64,000 nt of DNA from positions 128,714,001 to 128,778,000 of the forward strand of contig CM059431.1 in the NCBI GenBank assembly GCA_030390025.1, written 5' to 3'. Below, in pieces: positions 48,731-60,201 of this stretch. Below the pieces are notes generated by a model. It did not search any database, was not told the origin of the DNA, and was given only the letters and a program-made list of their open reading frames with translations. Every line of letters begins with the position of its first letter. Within the stretch, counting starts at the first letter, position 1. Position numbers and translations under genes: made by a program. Source of the DNA: Squalus acanthias (taxonomy: Eukaryota).

Positions 48731-49654
48731 TATTGTAGGAAGGTTTGTCTAAATAAAACTTTTTAAAATGTTAACGTCCACATCAAAACAACTTAATGCA
48801 GAGATTAAATTGTAACTAAATGCTCTGCTTTCACTAAAAGAAAATACAAGTTTTCAATGCTTGAGAATGAAAAGGCAGCTTTCAAAATCCATTACACCAG
48901 GCCAGACCACCAGCGGATTGATTTGTCGAAAGAACATGAATTTTGCTGTGGCACCTCATTAACATAACTTCTTTTTGGTAAGGAAGCTGTTGGGTTCATC
49001 CCACATTTTTTCTATCGTGAAATGCAGTGTACAGTGGCTTGCTATGGGCCCTTTTAGCTTCATAATTTTAGAGATTGCATCTTATCCAATGGTTCCCCTC
49101 CCATGCTCACATGATCACCTTAGACTTCCATTCCTGGTCCGCTCTTCACTTAAATGCTACCCATCAATGCTAACATCAGGAAGCATAGGGATCGCTTTCA
49201 CATGCACCCAACTTTACCTCTCCATCTCCTTCATTGGCCCAAATGCTGCTGCAGGATCTCTCTGGTCCTGCAAATTGACTTCATTTTATTTGTCCTCCAT
49301 TGAAACCTCTCCATGTCCCAGCTAACCTCAATAATCTCCTTCAGCTAGACATCCCAGATATAGATACAGCCTAAGCTGCACTGACACCAGTCTACTACTT
49401 GTCTCTCTTTCATTTCACTCTACCATTCGTGAATGCTCTTTCAGCTCTACACCCCTGCCATCTGGATCTTCCTCCCTAACTCCCTCTGCTTTACCCTCCC
49501 TCCCTGCTTTCAAATATCTCCAAAAATACTTCTGTTTGATGGGATATTTACCTCTCATCCAACTTTTATTCTGTTTTCCTTTTTGCTATTTTGCTTAGCA
49601 TCCACTGTTTTCTACCATCCTGTAAAGCACTTTGGGAGGACTTTCTGCACATGG

Positions 49655-51915
49655 AGCCCATAAAGTTGATGGCACTGCAGCTGGTGTAAAATGGGCTTCT
49701 AATGATTCAATATGGCGGGTAGTGTGCACGTGCTCATTCCGTGATGGAAGTGCACCGTCTGTCATATTGGATTGGGCTCCTCCATAGTGTGAAGTCTACA
49801 AATATCACTACAAATATTACCAACACCAAATCTAGAGAAAAAAAATCCAACAACTCAATTCCATTTGTGTATAATATTTAGCAGGAATAATTAAGAATTA
49901 CCCTTATACAACCCCTTGATCCCTGTCTTGTGTGCTTGTTTCCCTTTCCTAGTATTCCTACGAAGTGTATCCCCAGTGGCTACAGCTTGGGAGGTGGAAG
50001 GTTGCTGAGCTTCCATTGAGAAAACTTCAAATGACTGTGGTAGGTGACCTTGAGCAGTTCTAGGCCTTGAGGCCATGTCTGCAGACTGCATCATCCTGTG
50101 TGGGCCGGGGCAGACTGGTCCAGCTGGCTGTGTGGCACTAACAAGGACACTGGCCAGGTGGGTTGTGGGGGAGCAGGCATGCTGTCTTCCTGAGAGATGA
50201 CAGCAGGTGCCTCTTCCATGAAGCCAAGGCCACTCTCCTGGTATTGCACCTCAGCATTCCTATGGCTCTGGGCGAGAAAACTGTCCAGGAGTGATATGAT
50301 GCTCTGGTAGCCTCCATCAACAGTGGCACCTACAGCCAAGGTGGCAGCTGCCTGAGCTTCTGTAGCAGCAGTATGACCTACCATGGAAGCTGTCAGAGCT
50401 GTCAACAAAGGCTCAATCATGATGGGAGCCTCTGACATGTTCATGGAGCTGACCACTTACTCCATGTTGAACAGAATGGTCTCCATGCCCTGCGCAAAGC
50501 AAGTTGGAGCTGTACTCCTCCATTCTCTCAGCCATTGCATGCAAGTTTTCTGGCAGGCTGCCCAATCCACCAGCATTTCCTAATGGTAGCCTGGACCCTC
50601 GAAGTCAGCATCTGAGTTCTCTGCAGCAAAGCTAGTATGTGATCTCGTCCTCCAGCGAGCTGGCACCTGTGGTATCCTATCCTTCTGCCTAGCTCCTGCT
50701 CACTTGTGGCCAGTGATTCACCGTATGAAGACACCTCCTCTAACCTATCCTCTAAAATATACGTGATGCCAGTCTCTGAGCTGGTGCTTGCTGGGGTCAG
50801 ATCAAGCGACGCTGCATCTTCAGGAAGGCTAGCCTCCTCTTCCTGAAGTGGCACAAAGCTGTCAACATTTTCTGCACCTGAAATGAAATAGATGGACAAG
50901 GGTTAGCTTTTAGTGTGAAGAGAGAGCAGAGATGAGTGGCTGATGAAAGCAGCTACAGCTTGTCATGCAGAGTGTGTGGGGGGAGATAGATTAAGAAGGG
51001 GAAAAGAGGATAAAGTGTGAGCAAACCCTGCACGACATCTCCTCCAGTATTGCCAGTTGTCACGGCCATGACTCTCCCCCTGCTCGTGATAGCCACCATG
51101 TCTCCTTCCAGAGGGGAAAGGATATGCAGGGAACTCTGCCTCTTCCAGTCATGGCCTCCTGATGCATGATATATGTGACCTTCTCCTGCAAGAAAGAAAA
51201 TAATGTATTAATGACAGCCTTGTGAGGTGTTAGAGAATGTGCCTGTCATGTTAGAAATGTTCATATGTTGTATGGAAGATGTGAGGTGTGGGGAAGTGAA
51301 GGTTGCAATAGTGGTGAGAGTAGGAAGCACAGAGTGAAGTGTGGTGCAGTGATCGTAGGAGAGTGAAGGGAAGTGGTGGAGGTGATGTTGTAAGTAGTGA
51401 GGCTGCAGGTGGTGCAGATGTGAGGTGAGAGTAACTGATGTGAGAGGTAAGATTCTTACCTTAATAACTCTGGTGTGGTTACTGAACTTTTTCTGCATCG
51501 CAGCCATGTTCTGGGAGCTAAGCTTTGACCTCTTCTGCAACCTTTTCCCACTGGCGATAGTGGTGTTGCCTCCAGGGAGAACAGGATCTCACTCTTCCTG
51601 TCGACAGCTTGGATCAGGGCCTCCAAAGCTACATCCGAGAACTTGGATGACATCCTGTACCTCTTTCAGCCATTCTGTACCTTTCACAACATTTGCCTAG
51701 TGTCTGCAGCCACAGTGCACCTTCCATTTAAGAGGTGCTAGCAGTCTTTAAGTGGTGTCAGTCAAGCCCAATTTTCCTTGACCTCAAACAGGTACGCAGC
51801 CAATGAATAGCATGGGTAAAGGTGGCTGCACACCTGATTCATGATAATGAGCTAGCAACACCAATTTCAGGTGGTCCCTGCACACATATCTTCAGGAACA
51901 ATTGAATTTCTGAGC
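49655..51915 (-). mobile_element. Old Harbinger derivative retaining only a Myb-like pseudogene
   Basis: SKFSDVALEALIQAVDRK and QKKFSNHTRVIK then GTAAG; a TTGCAG acceptor; PSTSQA...LRRNTRKGK C-terminus. No transposase seen; boundaries approximate. Confidence 0.7.
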
Positions 51916-52739
51916 TGGAGAGTTATAGAAACATAAATTGTTGATCAAATGTGTACATCTGTGTGAAAATTATATCTCTGATTTTAGGATGGCAGTGAAA
52001 TTGGAGCTGTTTCCGTCCATAGTGCAGGTGATGAACAGGCACAGGTAACCAGGTAGTTCTTATAGTGCTTTTCTTTTTGACCAAACAAACCCATTTCTAG
52101 TGAGGACAATGAAGGCAAGGAGGATCGTTGCTATACACATCCTGGAGGGTGTTGTTGGTGAGGTTGAGTAGGTGGGATTGAGTGAGACAATGTACACAGG
52201 TCAGAAGGAACAAGTGTTAGTGGCAGAAGAGCAGCAAGAACCAGCTGGGCTGTGATGCTGTGCACTCTTAAGGACCTTATCAGCTGCCACAAGCTCTGTG
52301 CTGCAAGTCAACATGCAACTGTAATTAAGAATGTTTCATGAAACGGAATAGTAAATAAGAACCTTTCAATATTAAAAAATGGATGTATACAGGAAGTAAT
52401 GCAGTCATGAAAATGTACTCTTGGGGAAACAGATGGCCCAAAACTTGTGATATCTGGATACATTTCAACAGTTTCATGGGACTAGCTCTGGTTGGCAGTA
52501 TGACCTCCAAAAAAATGTCCATTTCTTCACCATGAAATGTGATGTGCTGTAAATTGGTCATGCTAAACTTACTGCTCAATTTTACAATAGTCGTTCCTGG
52601 CCAGCTAGGATTTGTGCTGTGAGCAGAGCCTAGCAAACTTTACCCCAGTAAAAGTGTTTATAAAATCTACCACATATAAATTAAGTTATATAAAATAATG
52701 CTTATGAAGAATATACGATATAAAATTGTACAATACGGT

Positions 52740-53444
52740 AGCCTGTAATTTCCAATAGGAGGCTTCCTGCGTGCGGATGCCTCCTATTGGAAAAAAATCT
52801 ACGAACTTATCTAAGGGCTCCTGAGGTCCGGACACTTCCGCTCCTGGGCCTCTCCACAGTTGAAATGCGCAGGGCCCACGTATCCCAGGGGCGCATGTGA
52901 TTCGCAAGCGATCCTGGGATCACGTGGGCCAGGCCAGCCAATAGGAGAAGGGAATCTCCCTTCATACTTCTGACAGATAGACCTGTCAAATATATGAATG
53001 GAGATCACCCCAAAAACACATCAAAACATTAAATCAATTTTAAAAAACCATCACGTTTTTAAAATGAGTTAAAATTACAATAAATTAAACATTTTAAACA
53101 AATAAACATACCTTTTTTCAAGTATTTTTAAACTATAAATGAGTGACATTTTTTTAAACTTTTTTCTACTCTTATGCTGGTAAAAGCAGGCCTTACGCCT
53201 GCTTTTACCAGGCGTAAGATTTCTAAGGGTTTTCAGCGGGCGGAGGTTCTGCAGAAAGCAGAACTCTCCCCCCGCAGAGGCCCTTCTCTAGGGCAGGCGT
53301 CCAATCTGTCAAGAGCATTCTTGACAAATCGGAAATGCCGGTTTTCAGCACATGCACTTCGCATGCCTGAAACCGGCATTTCCGATGTCTCTACGGGTGT
53401 GTACACAGCCCGTACACACCCGTAGGCATCGGAAAATACGGGCC
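52740..53444. mobile_element. Harbinger-type MITE (AT-core family, diverged)
   Basis: Ends AGCCTGTAATTTCC and (rc) GGCCCGTATTTTCC; TSD GGT/AGT. Shares CTGGGATCACG, the TGACAG..CTGTCA hairpin and AAAGCAGGCCTT with 26529-27268. Confidence 0.8.
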
Positions 53445-54710
53445 AGTATGTAAATTATATGTATACCATTCAATATAGAGGGACATAGGGCTGGTGGAGG
53501 TTATAGAACTAGGGATTGGCAAGCATTGGAACAGTCAGGTCTGGAGGTGACAAAGTCATATTTAATCTGTGTCACTTTAATTTATTTTTAATGGAGACTC
53601 CCTTTATTCCTAATGTTCAAAATTATATAAGACCTTAATATATACATGCGTCACTTTTCAGGATTTCTGGCTAGTTTACCACGGAATGATTTTGGAGTAA
53701 TTTATGTTAAAATGCTACAATCAAGTTGAATTGAACTCATAAGGGATTAAATCCACAGAGTGATTAAGACAAAACACCAAGCTAGAATGGTGCAGTCTGA
53801 ATGCCAATTCATCTTGAGACAGTGGAAGTCATTTAGATATTCAAGTGAGTTTCCATACATTTTATGTAAGGATGATCTATTCATTTAGGAACATCAGGGA
53901 GTAGTTCTAGGGAATGCTTGCCTAGAATCATAGAATCATAGAAATTTACCGCACAGAAGGAGGGAATTCGGCCCATTGTGTCCGTGCCGGCCGAAAAAGA
54001 GCTATCCATCCTAATCCCACTTTCCAGCTCTTGGTCCGTAGCCCTGTAGCTAACGGCACTTCAAGTGCATATCCAAGTACTTTATAAATGTGATGAGGGT
54101 TTCTGCCTCTACCACCCTTTCAGGCAGTGAGTTCCAGACCCCCACCACCCTCTGGATGAAAAAGAACTCCTCAACTCCCCTCTAATCCTTTTACCAATTA
54201 CTTTAAATCTATCGTTATTGACCTCTCAGCTAAGGGAAATAGGTCCTTCCTATCCACTCTATCTAGTCCCCTCATAATTTTATACACCTCAATTAAGTCT
54301 CCCCTCAGCCTCCTCTGTTCCAAAGAAAATAACCCCAGCCTATCCAATCTTTCCTCATAGCTAAAATTCTCCTGTCCTGGCAACATCCTTGTAAATCTCC
54401 TCTGTACCATCTCTAGAGCAATCACATCTTTCCTATGTAATGTGGTGGCTAGAACTGTACGCAGGACTCTAGCTGCGGCCTAATTAGTGTTTTATACAGT
54501 TCAAGTATAACCTCCCTGCTCTTATATTCTATGCCTCGGCTAATAAAGGAAAGTATCTCGTATGCCTTCTTAACCACCTTATCTACCTGTCCTGCTACCT
54601 GCAGGGTTCTGTGGACATGCACTCCAAGGTCCCTCTGTTGCTCTGCACTTCTCAGTATACTACCATTTATTGTGTATTCCCTTGCCTTGTTAGCCCTCCC
54701 CAAATGCATT

Positions 54711-55475
54711 GGCCCGAAAATTAGACCTAATGCGCGAGAGTACGCACTGTGTACTCTCGCGTATTAGGTCCCGAAGTGCTGGTTTCCTGCATGCACTGCG
54801 CATGCGCGGGAAACCGGCACTTCGGGTATGGCAAAGGGGGCGGTTCCTAAGTGAACCGCGTGCGCGCTACAGGTTGCGCGCACGCAGCACACTTAGTTTT
54901 TTTTCAGGTTTGAACGCGCAGGTAAGTGTTGAAGATTTTACACATGAAGAAAGCAGGCGTAAGACCCCCTTTTAACAAGGTAAGTAGTTAATTAAGTATT
55001 ATTTTAAAATTTTTTCAACAGGTTTATCTTTTTTAGAGACTTTAAAGAAAGGTAAGTTTATTTTTATAACTTTTAAAAAGAATTTAAATTTTTTCAAAAA
55101 TTTAAATTTTTGTTTAAGGTGGTTAATTTATTTAACTATAGTTATTTTATTAATGTGATGGCTTTTTTTTTAAATTTAATTGAGGTTTAGCTGTTCTTTT
55201 GGGGGCTTGTTGTATTCATAGTTTTGACAGCTCTTCCTGTCAAAACTATGAATGAAAGATGGTGTGCTGCCATTGGCTCTAACTGGCCCACGTGATCCCA
55301 GAGGTAGCATCGAACTAACTGCGCCTCTGGGACATGCACGCACTGTGCGCCAGCACCAGGGAGAGGCCCAGGAACTGAAGTTAGTGTGGGCCAAAACCAT
55401 AAAGGTAGGCGCGGAGTGCGATATCGCAGGGGATCCTTACCCCCGCGGCAACCATCGAAGTCCAATTTCTGGGCC
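54711..55475. mobile_element. Harbinger-type MITE (AT-core family, inverted relative to 26529)
   Basis: ATT TSD at 54708-54710 and 55476-55478; ends GGCCCGAAAATT and (rc) GGCCCAGAAATT. Confidence 0.92.
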
Positions 55476-55874
55476 ATTATCTCACACTGCTCTGGATTGC
55501 ATTCCGTTTGCCACTTTTCTACCCACCTGACCAGTCCATTGATATCATCCTGCACTCTACAGCTTTCTTCCTCACTATCAACCACATGGCACAATTTTTG
55601 TATCATCTGCAAACTTCTTAATCATGCCCCCTACATTGAAGTCTAAATCATTGATATATACCACAAAAAGCAAGGGTCCTCGTACAGAGCCCTGTGAAAC
55701 CCCACTGGAAACAGCCTTCCAGTCAAAAAACACCTGCTGACCATTACCCTTTGCTTCCTGCCACTGAGCCAATTTTAGATCCAACATGCCACTTTCCCTT
55801 GGATCCCATGGACTTTTACTTTTTTGACCAACCTGCCATATGGAACTTTGTCAAAAGCCTTGCTAAAATCCATG

Positions 55875-56646
55875 GGGGTAAAAATTGGGTAGTGCCCACT
55901 TTGGGGTGCTAACTTCGCCGGGGCGCTAATTTTAGTGCCCCGAAAAAGTTAGCACCCCCGCTGCTGATTTTCCCAGGTAGCGCCCCAAGAGGAAGCAGGG
56001 TGCTACTGGAAGTACCCCGCCACCCTCTTGGGGCGCTGCGAGCCAATATCGAGGTGCTACGTGCTGCAACGCCACGTGCTGCAGCACATCGCTCCGTGGT
56101 ACTGCAGGCCTTCCTCCCCTTATTAAAGGGGAGGGGCCTGGCTCAGCGCATCCCGGCACTCAGCTGGGCCACCAGGGATCGGGATTGCCGGCAAATGAGC
56201 CCGGCACTCAAGAGGAGTGCCGGGCTCGCGGAGAGCAGTCGGAACCACGTGGGGGGGGGGGGCTTCACGGGGGCTGGGGCCAGCAATGGGGGCAGGTGCT
56301 GGCAGGCGGCGTGCAACAGAAATGGCGGCCCGTCACCTCCCCTTTAATGAGCAGTGTCCCAGCCGTAGGTAGGCCCCCCCGACCCCAGCGGACATAGCGT
56401 CCAGCAGTAAGTCAGGGGGCCCCACCCAATATTACAGCGGGGGCATGAGCAGGGCGATGCGCAGGCGATGATGTCATCGCCGGCGGCACAGCGCCCTGTG
56501 GCGCTAATGGTTAGCGCTGCTGCTAACCTGCCGCTGAATTTCGTGGGAGGCATTAGCGGTAACGCGCCCAGGTGCTGGTTCATTTGCGCCCTGTTAGCGC
56601 CCTCTTAGGGCGCTAATGGGAGGTGCAAATCAAGCGAATTAGCCCC
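55875..56646. mobile_element. GC-rich Harbinger MITE related to the intact element, 772 bp
   Basis: ATG TSD at 55872-55874 and 56647-56649; left end GGGGTAAAAATT. Subterminal TTAGCGCC/GGCGCTAA motifs are shared with 12028-16424. Confidence 0.92.
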
Positions 56647-57383
56647 ATGTAGTCTACATCAAATGCACTACCCTTATTGACCCTCCTTGTTACCTCATCA
56701 AAAAATACAATCAAATTAATCAGACACGACCTTCCCTTAACAAATCAATGCTGAATGTCCTTGATTAAGGCCTTTCTAAATGACGATTAATACTGTCCAT
56801 CAGAATTTTTTCCGATAATTTGCCCACAGCCGAGGTTAGGCTGACAGGCCTGTAATTACTCGGTCTATCCCTTTCTCCCTTTTTAAACAATGGTACAACA
56901 TTAGCAGTCCTCCAGTCCTCCGGCACCACACCTGCAGCCAGAGAGGATTGGAAAGTGATGGTCAGAGCCTCTGCTATTTCCTCCCTTGCTTCTCTTAACA
57001 GCCAGGGATACATTTCATCCAGGCCTGGCGATTTATCTACTTTCAAAGATGCTAAACCCCTTAATACTTCCTCTCTCACTATGTTTATCTTATCTAAAAG
57101 TTCACAATCCTCCTCCTTAACTACAATGTCTTCACATCCCTCTCTTTTGTGAAGACAGATGTAAAGTATTCATTAAGAACCATACCCATATCTTCTGCCT
57201 CCACACACAGGTTTCCTTTTCGGTCTCTAATAGGCCCTACTCTTTCCTTCGTTATCCTTGTGTGCTTTATGTATTTATAAAACATCTTTGGGTTTCCTTG
57301 ATTTTACTTGCCAATATTTTTTCATGCTCTCTCTTTGCTTTCCTAATTTCCTTTTTAATTTCACCCCTGCACTTTCTATACTC

Positions 57384-58478
57384 TGTAAGACGTGCGGAAT
57401 TACCCCTCGCCCCGTCCAACAGGTTATCGAGTTCGGACTTGAGACTTATGAGAAATTACACCAGACACATGGGTTCTGCCTTTAACCTTTTATTGTTCCT
57501 AAGACAGATTCAAAACCCCAACCACTATTCGAGCAGTTCACCAATAATGTTACAGGAAATCATACATACAACCACCTGCCGATGATCAGTCCAGCGTTGA
57601 TTGTAGGTCCTCGTAAGCGAAAAGACTGGCCCGGCCCCTCCTTCCTCTGACTGCAGCTTGATCCTCCTAGGCGAGATGACTGGCCAAACCACCTTCTTCT
57701 GACTGCAGTGCTGATTTTCTTTAGCCATCGTGTTTTATACAGCTTTCCTTGTCTTTTGCATTAAATCATTCATTCAGAGATAGTGAAATGTTCCTTTAAT
57801 GTTGGTCTGAGCTGTTTTGAGCTGTCAAACATTTACAATCACACATCCTGTGTGGCTATTATTCAGTTTGTCCTTATCACAGCGCAGAATTGTTCATTCA
57901 CTCCTAAAGTTTACAAAGGTGGCAGAAAACCACTTGGTTCGGTTCATGAGTTACGGCGTATTCTGCATTTCAAAACTTCAAAGGTTTGACTTCTCACCTC
58001 AGAAAAGTCACCAGAGTCACCGGGCTGGATTTTGAATGACCCATGGAGTCGGGTTTGGAGGCGTGTGGGGGGTTAAATTTGCGGGGTCGGGGTTTCCGAC
58101 CCCATCCTGACTCCATCCCGCCTCCACGCAATTTTGACAGAATCAGTCGCGGGGTTCCCGACTCCGTCCCACCTTCAAGAGGCGGGAGAGGCCATTAAAG
58201 CCCTTAACAAGCTCTAAATTGGCTCTGTATTGCCATTTTGAAATGCTGTAGCTAGTTTAGCCCTCTTCTGACGTGAAGCACGCCTGGTGTGAAACACTCC
58301 AGTGAAACCTGGCGGGAGCACAAGTGGATAGCTGACTATCAGCTACAGGTCCACTATTACAACAGAGATGTGATGAAGGTAGTGGTAGTAGTATTAGGTC
58401 TGAACGCCGCCTCTGATGCTGCTGCATTGAATGTCTGTCTTCAGAGACTGCCTGGGAGGACTTGCTTGGCAAAAAAAT

Positions 58479-58516
<38 letters not shown>

Positions 58517-59003
58517 TCTACACCACCACCCCCCATTTTTGCATCCAGGTCCACCCACATCAAAAGCCAGGCAGGTCCTCTCTCACCAACAGTCTCTGAG
58601 ACTAGCCAGTCAGCAATGATGACATCATCAGAGGCGGCTTTCAGACTGAAACCACTAATTAGTTCATAGGTTCCCACATGCTGCAACTCAATTGCCCAAT
58701 TAAGTGAAAATTGCATCAGGCATCCACATTAATCTGGAGTCGGGGGGGAAACACGAAATGCAGATTACACGACCCCAACCCGACCCCAAGACAAAATCCA
58801 GCCCACCACGTCTACAATACTCAGGGGGTTTGTTTATCTCTGTTGACTATCACTACCCCCTGCAGTCACAACCATGTTTCCTGCCTTATCAGTGAAAGAC
58901 TGCTTGTTACTTTTACCAACTTTATTTCACTTTGTAAAACCTTTTTGCTTGGCAAAGCACTTCAAGAAATATTAAAATTAAGGGTCTGTATATACTTTCT
59001 ACA
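57384..59003 (-). mobile_element. Solo LTR (about 834 bp once the nested MITE is removed)
   Basis: TGT...ACA termini; 4-bp TSD ACTC at 57380-57383 and 59004-59007. On the minus strand TATAAAA (about 57733-57739) precedes AATAAA (about 57491-57496). Confidence 0.85.
58022..58804. mobile_element. Harbinger MITE, 783 bp, inside the solo LTR
   Basis: Perfect 13-bp TIR GGGCTGGATTTTG; ACC TSD at 58019-58021 and 58805-58807. Confidence 0.95.
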
Positions 59004-60201
59004 ACTCCTCTAGGCTTTCTGCAGTATTTAGCTCTCGGTATCTGACATAAGCTTTCCTTTTTTGCCTTATCTTACCCTGTATGCCCCTTGACATCCAGGG
59101 GCTCTAGATTTGGGAGCCCCATCCGATTTCTTTGTGGAACATATTTACTCTGAACCCTCACTATCTCCTCCTTGAATGCCTCCCACTGCTCTGACACTGA
59201 TTTACCTTCAAGTAGCTGTTTCCAGTTTTCTTTTGCTAAATCACATCTCAGCTTAGTAAAATTGGCCTTTCCCCAATTAAAAACTTTTACTCCTGGTCCA
59301 TCTTTGTTTTTTTCCTTAACTACGCTAAGTCTAACTGAATTATGATCACTATCACCAAAATGGTCTCCCACTGATACCCCTTCCACCTGCCCAGCTTCAT
59401 TCCCTAAAACTAAGTCCAGAACTGCCCCCTCTCTTGTTGGACTTGCTAAGTACTGGCTAAAAATGTCCTCCTGAATGAATTTTATGAATTCTGTGCCCTC
59501 TATGCCTTTTACACTGACTTTATCCCAGTTAATATTAGGCTAATTGAAATCCCCTACTATTACTGTCCGTTTTTTTGTACTTCTCAGAAATTTACCAACA
59601 TATTTGCTCTTCTATCTCTCTCTGACTATTTGGGGGTCTATTAGTACACTCCCAGCAGTATAATTGCCCCCTTTTTTGTTCTTCAGTTCAACCCCTAGGG
59701 CCTCATTTGATGATCCTTCTAACATATCATCCCTGCTCACAGCTGTAATTGTTTCTCTAACCTATATTGCGACCCCCCTCATTTTTTTATTGCAGTCAAT
59801 GGAACTGAATATCAGCCGCTTCAGTTAATGGGTGGCTGATCCGATGCCGCCCGTTTTATGCCACCGGCTGATACAAATTCTTTGCCCTAAATCATTAAGG
59901 AACACATAGGCCGGAATTTTCTATACCTGGGCAATCGGGTGTGGGCGGTCTCCGTGGCGGGTCACAACACTCTTCCTAATTCCATGCCGCTCCTCAGATC
60001 GACTTTGCATTAATGGGGCCTATTAAGCCCACCCTGCGTGTTTCCCGGCCCTATTAAATGGTGCGGGTCTGGTGACGTCATCGATGACACGTTTTCAGCC
60101 GGGATATTTAAAGGAGCCGAGGACACATTGCATTTGAAGGTTCATCTAGGAGTGTGCAGGCAGCACACTGGACAAATCGACTGCTGCAAAAAGTGCCAAA
60201 C

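Larger units (their letters stand above)
53923..59790 (-). mobile_element. 5'-truncated CR1 fragmented by two MITEs and a solo LTR
   Basis: (TATGATTC)n tail at 53923; RT and APE motifs in ORFs 54198, 54449, 55578, 56765 and 59072. Confidence 0.92.

Noticed and set aside
59790..59887. Isolated Harbinger-like terminus ending AATTCTTTGCCC
   Set aside because: No matching opposite end or TSD found.
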